Shown: positions 15,720 to 32,604 of the stretch, piece after piece
How the letters are laid out: each line of letters starts with the position of its first letter
How positions within the stretch are numbered: position 1 is the stretch's first letter
NCBI RefSeq assembly: GCF_009914755.1
Contig: NC_060927.1
Origin: the human T2T-CHM13v2.0 reference genome, Homo sapiens
DNA length: 64,000 nt
Direction: 5' to 3' (one strand)
Notes under the pieces: generated by a model
The model's input: the letters and a program-made list of their open reading frames with translations, nothing else
The model's database searches: none
Told to the model about the DNA's origin: nothing
Program-made: the position numbers and the translations under genes

Positions 15720-18310
15720 TCTCCATTCCTTTGGGACAGGTGATGTGTTGATATTTTCTCTTTTTCCTCCCTCTACTCCCAGACTCTCTGCCTCATTCCT
15801 TGAAGACTGGGAGATTTGGCTCAAGATCATCTTCCCCTGACATACCGCTGCATCATTCTGGGTTCCAATGACTCACCTAGCATCTTGATCCATCTCCTGT
15901 CCAGTGGTGGCTTCTCCACCCTGCTTCACCCACTGCCCTGGTCATAGCCTGGACTGTGTCATCTCCTGGAGTTACCTGTTCATCTGAAATCCTGAGTACA
16001 ATCACCTTGTTCCCTGAATGCCAGTCCTCCTATCCCTCTGCAGACATTCCTTGCCCCATCCATGTTCTGGCTTTTCCCCTGCACCCCATTCTTTCATCAG
16101 TGAGCACCCATTGTCCTTCCTTTGTGCACCTGGCAGGACTCTGCCCCTGCCTTCTGAGAGCTGCTGGAGAAATCACATAGTCACCTATCAATCCAGCATG
16201 GTGACCCTGTAAACCAGTGTCAGCTGGGTCATAGGGTCCTTTTTTAAAAAATTTGAGACAGAGTCTCACTGTGTCACCCAGGCTGGAGTGCAGTGGCACA
16301 ATCACGGCTCACTGCAGCCTCGACCTCCCTGGGCTCAGGTGATTCTCCCACCTCAGCCTCCTGAATAGCTGGGACCACAGGCATGCGCCACTACACCTGG
16401 CTAATTTTTGTATTTCTTATAGAGATGAGGTTTCTCCATGTTGTCCCGGATGGTCTAACTCCTGGGCTCAAGTGGTCTGCCCGCCTCAGTCTCCTGAAGG
16501 GCTGGGATTACAGACATGAGCCACTGCATCTGGCTCCTGTTGTATTTCGTTAGTCTTCTCTCTGCCTTTTGCCATGATTACTGTTCTAGACTTTCCGTGT
16601 CTTTCTCAAACGCTGTACCTCATGCTTGCCCTTGGCCTTTAGAAGCTGCCTTAACAGCGTGAGCAGGAGCCACCAGGTGTGGTGCCTCCAGCCCTCTTTC
16701 CCAGCCATGTAAGGGCTGTTCTTCTGGTCTGCCTCCTGTTAGGTGAAGGAGGGGCCCTCTTCCTACCTGAGCTAGTTTGTGCCACCGAGACAGATCCTAT
16801 CCCACCTCCTTAGGAGCAGCACTTAGTCCATTAGCCCCTCTCTGTCTCTTCAGCCTCATCTTGCCTGTGGCCTCCATCTCACCATCCTGTTACATGCTCA
16901 GTTCTCTACCAGTTTTCTAGGCCACATCCCCTGCAGCCATTGCTCTTCTCCTACTTCATTGCCGGTCTCACCAAAGTGCCTTCTTTCTCCTTTCCCTGAC
17001 CTTCTTGCCATCAGACATCTGAGCCTGTTATTCGAGCACCCATAACCCAGTGAATATGGTGCTAAGTCCATAAACCACCTTCTAGTCCTGGCATTCTTTG
17101 ACCTTTGACATCATGGTCTATAATACCCTCATTCTTTCCTTCTGGAAATGCTGTTTCCCTTGGCTTCTGGGAAGCTACACCCTCTTGGTTTTCCTCCTAC
17201 TTCTCCAACCACACCACCTTAATTGCCTTGTAGATGGCAATTAAGACTGGCAAGGCTCCTGGTGATCTCGCCAGGCCAGTGCCTTGGTTGCCATCACTAC
17301 CCAAATCTTGGTTCAGACCTGTCTCCTGAGCTCTGGACCTGTTCACCCACCTGTCTGCTCATTCCGCACCTCCATCGTAGCCTGTACAAACGCTTCCCGG
17401 CTGACCACCACTGCCATTACCCGTTCCCTGCCACCCCCAAAGAAAAGGATCTGCCTGTGAGCAGTGACATGGAGGGCACCGCTGTCCTCAGCTGCTCAGG
17501 CAGGAACCAGTACGTTTTCCTGACACTTCTTTTTGCTCTAGCCCCTTCTGGTCAGTCACCTCCCAGATCTCCCTAATTGTCCTGTTGGACTTGGCTGCTC
17601 TAATGTTTTCTCTACTCTGGTGTTAAGTGACCTTCCTAAAGTGCAGATCGAATCCCATCACTCCCCTGCTTAAAATCAGTTCGGGAGCTCCCCATGGGGC
17701 AAAAGAGGCTGCTGCCTCTCCTCCCCTTGCTAAAGCCATTCAGAGCGTTTTCAGTTTTCTAATGGGCCGTGCTTCTCCCTTCTCCAGGACTTTTGCTTCT
17801 GCAGTTACCTCTGCCTATATAGAGAACTCTGCCCACCCCCAAACCCTACTTGCTTCTCTGCACAGCCTGTTCTGGCAGCTCCAGCTTGTGCTGGCAGTCT
17901 AGGTATTTCCTGCTCAACTTTTAAGTCAGACCTACGGTTGGCCTGGGAAGCCTTCCCTGACCCCAAGTGACCCATCTGTGTCAGCAGTTTTGACAGTGGC
18001 CTGGCACTGCTGATATTTTGGTCTGCGGCCCCTTGAAAGTAAAGGGCATCTGTGAGAGGCTTTATTTGGACAGTGGGGGACACAGAGATGGCTGACCTGG
18101 CATCTGGCACTTGACCCAAAGGGCAGTTCTTGTCTGTGTGTTACAGGGGCCTGAGCTTGTTGAGATCATTACTCCCAAAAGATTGTAGGTTCCATGAGGG
18201 CAGAGATTTTTGTTGGATTCATTTTCTGCTATATTCTCAGCACTAGCAGTGCCTCACAGTAGTGCCTGGTACATAGTAGGTACTCAGTAAATATTTACTG
18301 AATGACTAAA
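15720..18310 (+). mobile_element. Long degenerate L2 (EN to RT to 3' end)
   Basis: GGTCATAGCCTGGACTGTGTCATC (GHSLDCVI, EN-like), CTCTTGGTTTTCCTCCTAC (SWFSSY, RT-like), 3' end GTGCCTGGTACATAGTAGGTACTCAGTAAATATTTACTGAATG. Confidence 0.7.
16240..16536 (-). mobile_element. Alu (AluJb-like) inside L2
   Basis: Reverse-complement dimer. Confidence 0.93.
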
Positions 18311-18671
18311 ATGTGAACTTTTCAATCTTCACTTAGTGGGTTTTCATGATACCCGGTGTGTGTTCCTCTTACAGCTCTTAGAAGTTGCTCTGTCTCTCTG
18401 CCAGGGTAGATAGATGGGCATGGATTTGGAAGTGGGTACTGGCTCATTGGAGCAGGCTTTCTCTGCAGCCTCTCTGCTCTTTCCCCACACATTTGTGAAC
18501 CTCTTGAAATCACAAGCTGTAATCACCAGAGCAGTGTAACAGAATTCCTGGGTCATGAGATAGCCGTGACTGTTCTGACTCATGTCACACAAGGGGAAAA
18601 TTAGCGTGTTTCTAGTCCTAAGAGTTACAGACTTCCTAGGCTTGACTCTGTAACAGCCAAATGCCTTTTAA

Positions 18672-19066
<395 letters not shown>

Positions 19067-19309
19067 TTTGAATTTAACCTGGCCAAGTGCAGTAGATAAT
19101 GCTGTGGTACCACAGAGCAGAAATGTGCTATTGTTGTAGTGTGATACCATAGAAGCTGCTTTTAGAGTTTTAGGATTCAAGTAACTGATTAGATAAGGTT
19201 CATCATCATTCTTTTATTGGACAAATATACACGGTGTGTCCATTTTAGACCCATTTTCCTTAATTATCTTATTCACTGGCTTATGGATTTTGTTTTCGGC
19301 CTTCCCTCT

Positions 19310-19410
19310 AAGTAGACCAGAAGCTTCCAGAGGTCAGGGGCTTCATCTGATGTTTCCTGCAGATGTTCAGGACCTAGAGAGGTGCCTGGCAAGTGTTGAG
19401 TCAATGGCAG
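19310..19410 (+). mobile_element. L2 3' end fragment
   Basis: TAGACCAGAAGCTTCCAGAGGTCAGGG...CCTAGAGAGGTGCCTGGC. Confidence 0.5.
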
Positions 19411-20280
19411 GCAGGGTACTGGGGATGGTGAGCAGGCATGCAGATGCATAAACTGTCATGGTGTTTACAGTCTGGTACTATAGACAGACATTAATGCAAT
19501 TTCACAAACAAATGTCAAATTGTAACTCTGACAGTTTCTGTGGCAGAGACCACTGTTCTCAGATGACTAACATAAGAGCTTTGGCTTAGCCAGGAGTTTG
19601 GGAGAACTTGCCAAGGGCTAAAGAAAAGGTACCCAGGTGGAGGAAGTCTCGTGACCTGTGTCTGGAGAGTGTGTGCTAGAGGAAACAACTGGAGCAAAAT
19701 TGGAATCATGTCTTTCTGTCTCTAAGAGCAGGTTTAGTCATATGCCTCTCCTTTCTTAATGATGACAACAAATAACATTTAGTGAGTGTTTGTGTGGATG
19801 ATAGCAGTATAGTGTTCCATCCTTCCAGTGACCCCGGAGTGGAGCCTGGGAAATCCATTAGAGGTCAGGTGGCTGGGTGAGGGGTTCGAGTCCAGATAGC
19901 CTCTCCTTTTTCCTGATATGAGTTGTGTGTGGTGTGATGTTTAAAAGATACCATCAGTCCTAGATTCTTGAGAGGTCATTCAAAGGGATGCTACCCTGAA
20001 GCTGCTGGACCATGTTTAAGTGAAAGACAGGATTATAACATTGTCAGCCACTTGCCTGATAGAGATTTGGCTCAGAGAGGTCAGTTGCCTTCTCTAATGC
20101 AGGACCTCAAATGGAAAGGGAGGCAGTGGGTCAGAGACGTCCCAGAAGTTTACAGCATGGTGGTGGCTTTAAAATCTTTTAAATTCATCTCTTTTCTAGG
20201 TGCAAGGGTGTTGGGATAGGGTCAGGAATACTGAATTGAATTGAATTTCTCTAGCCCAAAATAGCAAGGAGATATTGGTG

Positions 20281-20859
<579 letters not shown>

Positions 20860-21233
20860 GATTTTTTAAAAATCAGCCTTGAGATTAATTCATATACCTT
20901 ACAGTTCATCCAATTAGTGATTTTTAATATACCATAGGGTTGTACAACTGTGATCACAATATTATTTTAGAACATTTTATCCCACGTAAAACATAATCCC
21001 ATTCTCATTAGCAGTCAATAGTCAATCCTCCCTCCCTCCATTTCCCAGCCCTAAGCAATCTCTAATCTGTTTTCTGTCCCTGGATATGCCTATTTTGGAC
21101 ATTTCATGTAAACGGAATCATATAATATGTGGTCTTTTGTGTTTGGCTTCTTTCACTTGGCATAGTGTTTTTAAGTGTTGCCCATGTTGTAGCATGTAGC
21201 AATTCTTCATTTCTGTTTATTTCCAAATATTAA

Positions 21234-21707
<474 letters not shown>

Positions 21708-22229
21708 TAGGACAAAATTGTTGGTCATAGAGGGACTGCCAGACTGTTTTCCTATGTGTCTGCACCATTTTACATTTCCACCAGCAGTGTATTATGGTTT
21801 CATTCTCCCTAGATCCTTGCCAAAATTTGTTACTGTTCATATGTTTGATTATAGGCATCCTAGTGGGTATGAAGGGCTATCTCATTGTGGTTTTGCATTT
21901 CAGGACGGCTGATGATGTTGAGCATCTTTTCATGTGCTTATTGGCCATTTGTATATCTTTGGAGAAATGTCTATTCAGGTCCTTTGCCTATTTTTTTTTT
22001 AAATTGTGAGAGTTCTTTATATATTCTGGATACAAGTCCTTTATCAGATATAGGATTTGCATATATTTTCTTCCATGGATTGTCTTTCACTTTTTTGATG
22101 GTATCATTTACAGCACAACATTTTTAATTTTAATGAAGTCTTATTTATTTATTTTTGGTCACGTGTGCTTTTGGTGTCATATCTAAGAAATATCATTGCC
22201 TACCTTAAGGTCACCAAGAGTTGCTACTA

Positions 22230-22313
22230 TTTATTTATTAATTAATTGATTAATTATATAACTGCTCCTTGCAGAGCAGGGCTAACTCATAGGCATTTTG
22301 CCCAGAGTTGGTC
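22230..22313 (-). mobile_element. Short ERV-LTR-like fragment with AT-rich tail inserted in L1
   Basis: ACTGCTCCTTGCAGAGCAGGGCTAACTCATAGGCA..CCCAGAG preceded by T/TA-rich tail; L1 resumes after it. Confidence 0.55.
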
Positions 22314-22624
22314 TATTACTCTTTTCTGTTCTAAGAATGTTATAGTTTTAGCTCTTATATTCAGGTTTGTGATACATTTTGAGTTAATTTTTGTGAGGGA
22401 GGGGTCCAACTTTGTTCTGTGAGGTGAAGGTACAACTTTATTGTTTTACATATGGATATCTGATTGTACTAGTACCATTCGTTGAAAAGACTGTTCTTTC
22501 CATATTGAGTTGCCTTATTGAAAATCAAATGACCATAAATGTAAGGGTTTATTTATCTGGGCTCTTATTTCTGGGCCCTTAGTTCTAGTTCACTGATCTG
22601 TATATCCTATGCCAGTACTACACC

Positions 22625-22921
22625 TTTTTTTTTTTTTTGAGACGGAGTCTCACTCTGTCACCCAGGCTAGAAGCGCAGTGGCACGGATCTCGGCTCACTG
22701 CAACCTCCACCTCCCAGGTTCAAGCAGTTCTCCTGCCTCAGCCTCCTGGGTAGCTAGGACTACAGGTGTGCACCACCATGCCTGGCTAATTTTTGTATTT
22801 TTAGTAGAGACGGGGTTTCACCATGTTGGCCAGGTTGATCTCGAACTCCTGACCTCAAGTGATCTGCCCGCCTTGGCCTCTCAAAGTGCTGGATTAGAGG
22901 TGTGAGCCACTGCGCCCAGCC
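22625..22921 (-). mobile_element. Alu (AluSz-like) in L1
   Basis: T-run plus dimer. Confidence 0.94.
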
Positions 22922-23729
22922 ACACTGTGTTGGTTACTGTAACTGTGTAGTAGGTTTTGAAATTAGACAGTGTGAGTCCTCCAACTTTGTTGTTGTTTTT
23001 TTTTTCCCCAAGATTATTTTGGCTATTCTAGTTTCCTTACATTTCCACATGAATTTTAAGACCAGCTAGTTAATTTATGCTTAAAAAAAAAAAAAAACGG
23101 CTGGGATTTTGGTAGGAGTTGCATTGAATCTGTAGATCAATTTCAGGAGTATTGACATCTTAACAATATTAAGCCTTCCAATACCTGATCATGGGATGTT
23201 TTCCCATTTATTTAGACATTTTTTCATTTCTTTCCACATTGTTTGTGGTTTTAGGTTTACAAATCTTTTACTTCTTTTGTTGAATTTATACCTAAGTATT
23301 TTATTCCTTTTGATGTTATTATAAATGGAATAATTTTCTTAATTTCATTTTTGGAATGTTTATTGCTAGTGTATAAAAATACGACTGATTTGGTATGTTG
23401 ATCTTATATCTTGCAACCTTGCTGAATTTGTGTATTTGTTCTAATAGTTTTTTAGCGGGTTCCTTAGGACTTTCTATTTGTAAGATAATGTCATGTACAA
23501 ATGGTGGTAGCTTTAATTCTTCCTCCTCAATATGAGGGCCCTTTTTTTTTTTTTCTAATTGCTCTGGCTAGAATTTCCAGTACGATGTTGAATAGGAGTC
23601 GTAAGAGTGGATGCCCTCCTGATCATAGGGGCAAAATATTGAATCTTTCACTGTTAAGTTTGATATTAGCAGTGGGTCTTTGATAGATACACTGTATTGG
23701 GTTGAGGAAGTTCCCTTCTATTTCTATTG

Positions 23730-24210
<481 letters not shown>

Positions 24211-24295
24211 TGAATTTTGTCAAATCCTTTTTCTGCATCTATTGAGATGGTCATATATGTTGTGTCCTTTTATTAATATGGTATATCATAAATGA

Positions 24296-24654
<359 letters not shown>

Positions 24655-25149
24655 TAGAAATTTCTTCTGCTTGCAAATTGTTTTTCAGTGAACCCATGAA
24701 AACGATTGCTTCACAGTGTATGCTCCAGGATGGAATACAGTTCTTAATGTAGAGGGTGCACTAGCTCTTCCTCTCTCTGGGGCGGGTCATCTGTTGTACT
24801 CACTGCTCTGATTACATTCTCTAATATTTAAGTAGACCATGACCTGTCATGGTCTGGACGTGTGGCTAATTATACTTATCTCCTCATCTCGTCTTTAAAA
24901 AAGAATGATCTCAGATTCTTATTACCAAAGGACGTTGGCCTCCTTTGTAGAGAATACTTTGGGAAGGATCCTTCTGTGGAGTTTGATCCTGGGGACTCTG
25001 ACTTTAGAGTTCTTGCTGATCTTTCCTCTCCCTTTAAGGGTAAGGATTAGTATATCTGCAGACATCTCCAAGCTTAAGCTTTGTTATTGTGGGCTTATGG
25101 GCAGCAGCTTAGCAACCATTTCAAGGCACTCAGCTGTCTCATGGGTCTG

Positions 25150-25450
25150 TCTCTGCTTGTCACTGTCCCCTCTTGCCCTCCTTCTCCTCCCTCTCACATT
25201 GCCCGTTCCCGTTCTTTCTTCCCTTGTCCTCTTACCCGTCTCCTCCTTTTTGTCCAGCATTCCTCTCTTTCCTATCCCCTCCCCGACTCACACTCCCTCT
25301 TGCTGCTTCCCTCACCCTCTTCTTTCCCTCCTCCTTGTCTCTTTGCCTTTTCTCCTCCTAGTCCCCTCCTCCTGACCCCTGCCCTCCCTCTCTCCTTTTG
25401 TCTTGGGAATCCTTTGTCCCTGCTCTGACCTCATCCCCTCCACCCCTACC
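25150..25450. repeat. CT-rich low-complexity tract
   Basis: About 300 bp pyrimidine-rich. Confidence 0.85.
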
Positions 25451-25880
25451 CCCAGCCCTGTGAGCAGACCTCTCCAGCTTCTGATGGATGTTGTCTTTGG
25501 CTTTTCGCCAGTGTGTTTTTCCAGCTCCAGACCCTGTGTCTTGTTTTCTCCATGGAGCTGGGGGGGGGGGCGGGGGGAGTAAAGGGGATCCTGGTTTTCA
25601 TGGTCTCAGGCAGGCTGTGTCTGCAGCGTTTGGCCATTTCTGAGCCAGTCCCTGGCTTTGTTTCTTGGTATTTCCGGTTCTCCCAGTGGCCTGTTAGGAT
25701 GACAGGACCCACCCCACCCCCCCGCCACCCCAACTCCCCAGAGGGGGCACAGGTTTGAAAGAGGACCATGCTTTGGTCTCTTAAGAGCACTTGATTACTT
25801 GACAGACGGCCTTCTATACCTTTCAGTTGGCAGGAAGCCACCTTTTTTTTTAAAATTACTTTAAAATTTATTATAAATAA

Positions 25881-26430
<550 letters not shown>

Positions 26431-26514
26431 TGAATATTGGTTGTGTTAAATGGAAGGACTTTTCTCTGTTTAAGAGGGCAACTTTCCTAGAAAGTAGAGT
26501 CAACAAATTGGATT

Positions 26515-26700
26515 TGCAGAGGTTGGGCTCTGGAGCCAGAAGGCTCAAGTTCAAGGCTGTCTGTGCCACTTGCCAGCTGTGTGTGGCTGTTTCTTGAGCT
26601 CCCTGGTAGAGCCGATGTGGGAGCCTCCTCCATCTGCATGGGGAGAAGGGGAGGTGCTACAGGTTAAATGCTTATTAATAAATGCTCTATTTGTTATTAA
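26515..26700 (+). mobile_element. MIR (degenerate)
   Basis: GGGCTCTGGAGCCAGA...GTTCAAG...TGCCACTTGCCAGCTGTGTG. Confidence 0.6.
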
Positions 26701-27184
26701 GAAGATTTCATGGCAAAGATCAACCACTGAAACAGCCACGAGTCTGCTGCCAATTTTCTCTGTTTTCTTTCCTGTGCTCTGTTTTTTTTTACTTCAATTA
26801 CACGATTTCTCTGGATTTTTATGTTACCTTAGTTTTGGAAGCTAGAGCTACAAAACCAATGTGCTTAAGAAAATAAAAACTTTGCCAGCTGATGCTTGTG
26901 TGTTTTTTTAAAGATTTGTTTTTTTTCCTAATCAGGAAATTGGATGTGGCAATTTTGAAATGTGGTGATTAAAATTTTTCAAAGGAGAAATCTATTGTTA
27001 CCATAAATGTATGCTCCTGAGGATGCATTTCATAGTGCATTACTTCTCTACAAACATGTATTTTTTGTTTGTTTGTTTTAACTGTATTTAGAAGCTGGAC
27101 TCATGCTTCTGTTAAAGGAAACCTACTGTGGGAACTATTTGAGGGTAAAAATTTTGAAGGAGGAATCACATTATTACTCATTTA

Positions 27185-27544
<360 letters not shown>

Positions 27545-29143
27545 CTAGGTGGTGGGAAAACACCCTTTGCCTAATGCTAATGCGTAAGCTCTGGCTGCTG
27601 AGTACACCTTGTACAGACTTTGGAGAGATGGGAGTAGGGGGCATTTGCTGGACTTGAATTTACACCTGTGGTTGGGATCCAGGACCCAGACTGGGGAGTC
27701 CAGCTCTTATCCCCACCAGCAGTTATTCTGTGATTCTGAGGCAGTGCCATCTGGCTACCACCCTTAGCCAAGACTCTTTTACCTGGGATGGTTAGATATC
27801 AGGCTGCTGTGTTTAGTAAATTGAAACACTTTATAATGTGCTTTATTCAGAGTTACTGAGTTCTGAATCAGGCCTATATTCCAGGGCCATTGCTATAATT
27901 GCCTATTAGCATATACAGACAGTTTGAAAAATCTGTTTATTTGAGCTTTTTGCTTATGTGGACTTTGGATAATTGAGCAATTCAGTATATTACATAGCGG
28001 GAGTCCTTGTGCCTACACATCTCTGAGCCTGCAGAGAATGACTCTCTTCACCCTACCACTCTCTTTCCTATGTCAGGCCGGTATCTAAGCCAGTAATGTG
28101 TGTTCTGGGCCAGTGGTCCCTAAACTGAAGGGCAACCAGATAAAAACTGGAAACTTAACATGGGTAGCAGATTACCAAATTTGGAACCAGAAGCTTTGCT
28201 TCCTTGATAATCATGGTTTTGACTGAGCAACCTTTGCAATTTTATATCTTTTTGTTGATTTAAATCTTCTGTAGAGAACATTTAAAAAAAAAAAAAAGAC
28301 CACACATAATTTTTACACCGTTCAGGAACTCCTAAGAGACCCTTAGGAGGCCATAACCTGGGAAGGTTGGGAATAGGGGCCACGTCTCTACGGCAGGGTA
28401 GAGTTAGAGGAATGAGGGTTTCGATGGCCCTTTGGCCATCTCGCCTGGCTGCCTGGGCTTCCCTTCTGGAGGGATTTATTGGCTCATCTAACAAGCCAGA
28501 GGATAAATGAGCTGGTGCCTAGAGTTCCTCTGACTTTAGTATCCCCACTGCTGGGAAGATGGAATTAAGAGGATGTCTACAGAATGCTTGGAGCCCTTCT
28601 GAAGGGAGAAGATTAATCACTATGTTTACCATTGTCAAGTCTGATGTAGACTAGAAGGCACAGTGTCTGCTAGAATTTATAGTACTTGCTTTGGGTGGAA
28701 GAAATGTAAATTTTTCCCCCTAAGACTAATTCCCCATCATAAACCCCTAAGCACTAATGGTGCTAATTGAGTAGTTTTCTCTTCCTTTTCAATATGTGCG
28801 TGCTTTTTGGTTATTGATTCTGGATTTCATGAGCTTTGGTATTTATTTCCTGAGTGCCCTGAAATTATTATTTTTTAAATTAGGATGGCCTCAATTTCAT
28901 TTAGTTTTTAAGGGGTTATGGAAACTGATTAGAATGGAAGATACTCATAGATTTATCTAATTTAGGATAACATTTTAATACTTACTATTTAAATTCATTC
29001 TTTAAGTTAAACATGGCCAAGGTATTAGCTTGTACTTTTTAAAAGGAAAAGCTGTTCTAAAAATGCATAGTTATTGTGTACCTGAATTGTCTTCATATGT
29101 TTAATGGAGACAAGGGGAGTATAAATACTCTCACAAAAACTGA

Positions 29144-29446
<303 letters not shown>

Positions 29447-29879
29447 ATAAAAGCTGATCTTTTAGCAGATCTGAAAAGTAGAAAAGTGGACTTATTTAAG
29501 ATTTACTTTTTCTAATTTCTGTCCCACACTTCTAGGTTTGGCATTAATTAGGTAAAGTCAGGACAAAAGAAGGAAGATGGAAACTCTGGCACCCATAGAT
29601 ACCTATAGTTAACTTTAATGTAAAATAATGACTATTTTTGTGTTCCAACCAATTTTAAAGGTTCCAATTATTTAGGAAAGAGATGAAAGTAAGAAACCAT
29701 CCCAAATTGTACTACTCAGAAATACCTAGTGTTGGTAGCAGGGAACATCTTGCCAGAGAAACTTCTGTGTGTGTTACGTCTGCCTGACTTTATTTTTAAA
29801 TAATTCATTTTCATCAAGGCAATCATATGCACATAGCTTTTTAAAACACTCCCCCCCCATAGTTTCTTTTCTTTTTTTT

Positions 29880-30250
29880 TTTTTTTTTTGGTAAAATCAC
29901 ATGCACAAAGCCACACAAAACAGTAATAGGATGGTGAATTATAAGATAAATCCTTCTACAATAAACATCCAGGTCAGAAAATAGAACTTTGCCAGCTTCC
30001 TTAGTAACCCCTCTCTCCTCCACTCCAAGAGTAACTGCCATCTTTTTATCATAATCTCTAGGCAACATAAAATTTTGCCTGTTCTTAAGAACTTGATATG
30101 TATGTTGTCTTTTTCAATCTGCAGGTCCCCCTCCAGGCCTTTCTTTTCCTTACATTTTATCTACTGAGAGATAGGCCGTTGAACCTGTAGAGTTTACCAC
30201 GGGTCTGAAATAACTTTACTTTTGTGCATACTCACAGTGCACAAAACTAA
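29880..30250 (-). mobile_element. Old L1 (L1ME/MC-like) 3' fragments
   Basis: CCAGGTCAGAAAATAGAAC...AGAGTAACTGCC...TTTTGCCTGTTCTT. Confidence 0.5.
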
Positions 30251-30511
30251 AGTTTTGGGATTACAGGCATGAGCCACCACAGTGCCCAAGAGTAATGTCA
30301 GCATGGCTCTCAGTTCAATGTATTTCCTGCTAATTCCATGTATGTGGTTTTAAAAAAGGCAAATACTACTCAAAGGTCAATGAAAACCACTGTGGATTCT
30401 ATTCTGTGTTCCACCTGCTCTACTCTTAGTCTTGTTCCCGAAAAGTCACTGTTTCTAACTTGTAACTTTTTCTTTTTCTTCGGTTACAGTTCTTTTTTTC
30501 CTCTACAGTTC

Positions 30512-30815
30512 TTTTCTTTTTTTTTTTTTTTTGAGACAGTGTCTTTGTCTGTCACCTAGACTGGAGTGCAGTGGTGCGATCTCAGCTCACTGCAACCTCC
30601 ACCCTGGGCTCAAGGGATCCTCCCATCTCAGCTTCCTGAGTAGCTGGGACCACAGGCACACACCAGCACACCCCACAACAATTTTTGTATTTTTAGTAGA
30701 GATGGGGTTTCCCCATGTTGCCCAGGCTGGTCTTGAGCTCATGAGCTCAAAGCAATCCACTTGCCTCAGCCTCCCAAAGTGCTGGGATTACAGATGTGAG
30801 CCACTGTGCCTGGCC
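30512..30815 (-). mobile_element. Alu (AluJb-like)
   Basis: T-run plus dimer. Confidence 0.93.
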
Positions 30816-30859
30816 TGCCTCTGTCATTCTAAATAATATCCTTGTACATGGGACATTAT

Positions 30860-31102
30860 TATTTTTATCTTCTGAGACAGGGTGTCACTCTGTTCCCCAC
30901 TATGTTGAGCTCACTGCAGTCTCAACCTCGTGGCCTCAAGCAATCCTTCTGCATCAGCCTTTTGAATAGTTGGGATTACAGGTGCCCACCATCATGCCCA
31001 GGTATTTTTTGGGGTTTTTAGTAGAAACGGAGTTTCACCATGTTGCCCAGGCTGGTCTTGAACTCCTGGACTCAAGTGATCCACTCACTTTGGCCTTGCA
31101 GG
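30860..31102 (-). mobile_element. Degenerate AluJ with deletions
   Basis: Both arms recognisable; flanks GGGA..TTATTTTTAT. Confidence 0.85.
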
Positions 31103-31139
31103 CATGAACCACCGCACCCAGCAGGGATGTTATTTTTAT

Positions 31140-32600
31140 TCTGCTCTCATGCTTGACTGCTGGTTGAAATGGATATGGAATTCTAGGTTGAAATAATTTT
31201 CCCTCATAGTTCTTTTAACCACCTGTTGTTAAGAAGTCTTTTGCCATCTTGGTTCCTCTTCCTTTTTTATGTCATTCATTTTTTTTTTCTCTGAAAGCTT
31301 TTAGAAATATCTAAATTTTGGGGTACTGGGTGGTACTTTTAAAATTCATTATGCCAGGCACTCAGTGGGCCCTTTCCATCTATTTTTTAAAATTATTTAT
31401 TTATTTATTTACTTACTTTTTCCATCACCCATTTCTTAGTATGAACCTTTCCATCTAGAAGTTTATATTCTTTATTTCTAGGAAGGTTTCTTGTATCATT
31501 TCTTTGATAATTTCCTCCTCTCATTGTCCCTCTGTTTTCTCAATCTGGATATCCTCTGGAATTGATCCTCTGTTTTTCTTCATTCTCTATTCTTAATTCT
31601 CATTCTTTCATTTGTTTGGTATTTCCTCAGCTTTATCCTTAGTCCTTTTATTTTTCTTATTTCTACTATTCTTTAATTTTCAAAAGCTTTCTTTGTAGCT
31701 TTCAAAAGCCCCTCCTAACTTTTTTGGAATGAGTGTCCTAGTCTTATTTTCTGGATACAGTGCCTTCTCTCTCTGAAGGCATTAATGATGATTTTTGGAA
31801 GTTTTCTTCTGTTCTATGCATCGTCTCTGTTTCCTGGCTTCTTTCTCTGTTTGCTTTGGTGTCTGTCTGCAAGTTGGAGGCTTTCCTCAGGTGTCTAGTG
31901 GTCTTTGGTTGTCCTCATTTGAGGGAGCTGGCTGGAGCTCTATGTGCAGAGCAGGGCTTGTTGACAGTAGGGCTGTGTTATGAACAATAAGACACTTGGC
32001 CTTTTTCACCGGGGACTGTTTGGGTATTGGTAGTTTTTTCCCTTGGACTGGTTGGTTTGCCCAGAGGGGAGCCCTCCAGTCCCCTGCTTGGCTGATGATG
32101 CTTTGTCAGTCGAGTTGGGGAAGGGAACTGAGGGTGGGGGGGTGTGAGAGTCGGGGGTCTTACACTGCTAAGTATAGATTTACAATCCATTCTCAATCCT
32201 ACTTTCATTTGTGCCTGGTGTTCCAGAGCCTAAGCTTGTGTGTTCACTTTCTCTGATCAGTTTCTGCTGCAGTGGAGAAGGGACCATTGCCCGGGCGTTC
32301 AGGAAGGTGAGGACCTGCAGGAGCTGGAGAGGTATCAGTGCTCATTTATATGAACCTTGGGTCAGTCCTCCCGTTTTTAGCTATAAGCCTGATTCTCCCT
32401 TACTACCCTCCAAAGCCCAGTTCCTACAAGCCCTGAACCCCCTTAGAGTTCATCGCTTTTCCTTGGGACCCCTGCAGGTAATCTTGGCCTTGTCCCATTA
32501 AGGCAGTTAGGCTTTGTCTAGCTGTTTTTTCATCTTCCAAAAATCTGTCAAAAATTTTCATCCTTTTTTCCGTTTTCTTTGTCCTTGTGGGTTTATTATA
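31140..32600 (-). mobile_element. Old L1M/HAL1-like ORF1/5' region fragment
   Basis: GGATATGGAATTCTAGGTTGAAATAATTTTCCCTC and following T-rich antisense ORF1-type sequence. Confidence 0.55.
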
Positions 32601-32604
32601 TCTT

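Noticed and set aside
24905-25428. Long Leu/Ser/Pro-rich ORFs
   Set aside because: Produced by the CT-rich tract, which lacks stop codons by composition.
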